A DNA stretch of 58,956 bases, taken from an uncultured Bacteroidales bacterium (GTDB lineage Bacteria; Bacteroidota; Bacteroidia; Bacteroidales; UBA4181). Under the pieces are notes generated by a model, which made no database searches, was not told the DNA's origin, and saw only the letters and a program-made list of their open reading frames with translations. Shown here in pieces: positions 58,720 through 58,956 of this stretch. Position 1 is the first letter of the stretch, and each line of letters begins with the position of its first letter. The stretch covers positions 39,969 through 98,924 of the forward strand of contig CAYVJA010000002.1 of the NCBI GenBank assembly GCA_964451605.1. The letters run 5' to 3'. Made by a program: the position numbers and the translations under genes.

Positions 58720-58956
58720 TGCTCTAATGCTCTAGTGCTCTAGTGCTCTAATGCTCTAGTGCTCTAATGCTCTAGTGCTCTGGTGCTGCGCTTCGCGCGA
58801 ATTCCGCTTGATTCTGCCTGATTGGGGGTAACTGCCTCTTCGACATGACAAGTTTGTCGACCCATTCGCGCCCTCACTCGCTAAAAGAGGAGAACTCGCT
58901 ACGCTCAAACAGCTCCTCTTTTTAGCGCTCATTGAGAGCGATGGGTCCCCGCCCAA
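58711..58956. repeat. Intergenic repeat copy H (longest octamer array + clamp + P module + structured tail; runs off the window)
   Basis: Nine tandem 8-mers occupy 58711-58782, followed by GTGCTGCGCTTCGCGCG. The P module CCTGATTGGGGGTAACTGCCTCTTCGACA is at 58817-58845. The nested hairpins that follow include CTAAAAGAGGAG…CTCCTCTTTTTAG. Confidence 0.9.

Overview
This window reads as a Bacteroidota-type chromosomal segment. Supporting signs are TAnnTTTG -7 promoter boxes, DUF1573, DUF5686 and IPExxxVDY-like proteins, and many lipoprotein or secreted proteins. I support about 50 CDS, and most are housekeeping: class I fumarase, der, era, valS, cls, pyrF, prfA, nadB, gltX, mutA/mutB, gpmI, folK, rnc, fabF, acpP and purN. 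There are also three PAS/GAF sensor kinases and four tRNA genes (Leu-CAA, Glu-UUC, Glu-CUC, Arg-CCU). One 56-aa 2x[4Fe-4S] ferredoxin falls below the ORF-track cutoff. Several secreted pectin/rhamnogalacturonan-type CAZymes sit singly among these genes (GH78, PL4, GH2, and a six-hairpin glycosidase with a CBM6-like domain), with no SusC/SusD PUL. I found no CRISPR array, prophage, integrase, transposase or recognisable defence system.

The main unexplained signal is a dense, modular intergenic repeat family with 8 copies in 59 kb. It is built from tandem 8-nt units (RTGCTCTA), GC clamps (GTGCTGCGCTTCGCGC) and several shared modules, including a 29-nt module that forms a near-perfect hairpin. 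Six of the eight copies occupy exactly the six flanks of the three single-gene CAZyme loci GH78, PL4 and GH2. Wherever a copy lies at a gene 3' end, the stop codon is inside or directly next to it.

Other points:
- The PL4 lyase is split by an in-frame TAG.
- An internally deleted AbiEi-like remnant sits next to tRNA-Leu.
- All four tRNAs show a G1-U72 wobble when folded by hand.
- gltX is followed by a tRNA-Glu(CUC).

Functional interpretations of the repeats are inference only. Nothing here was checked against databases.
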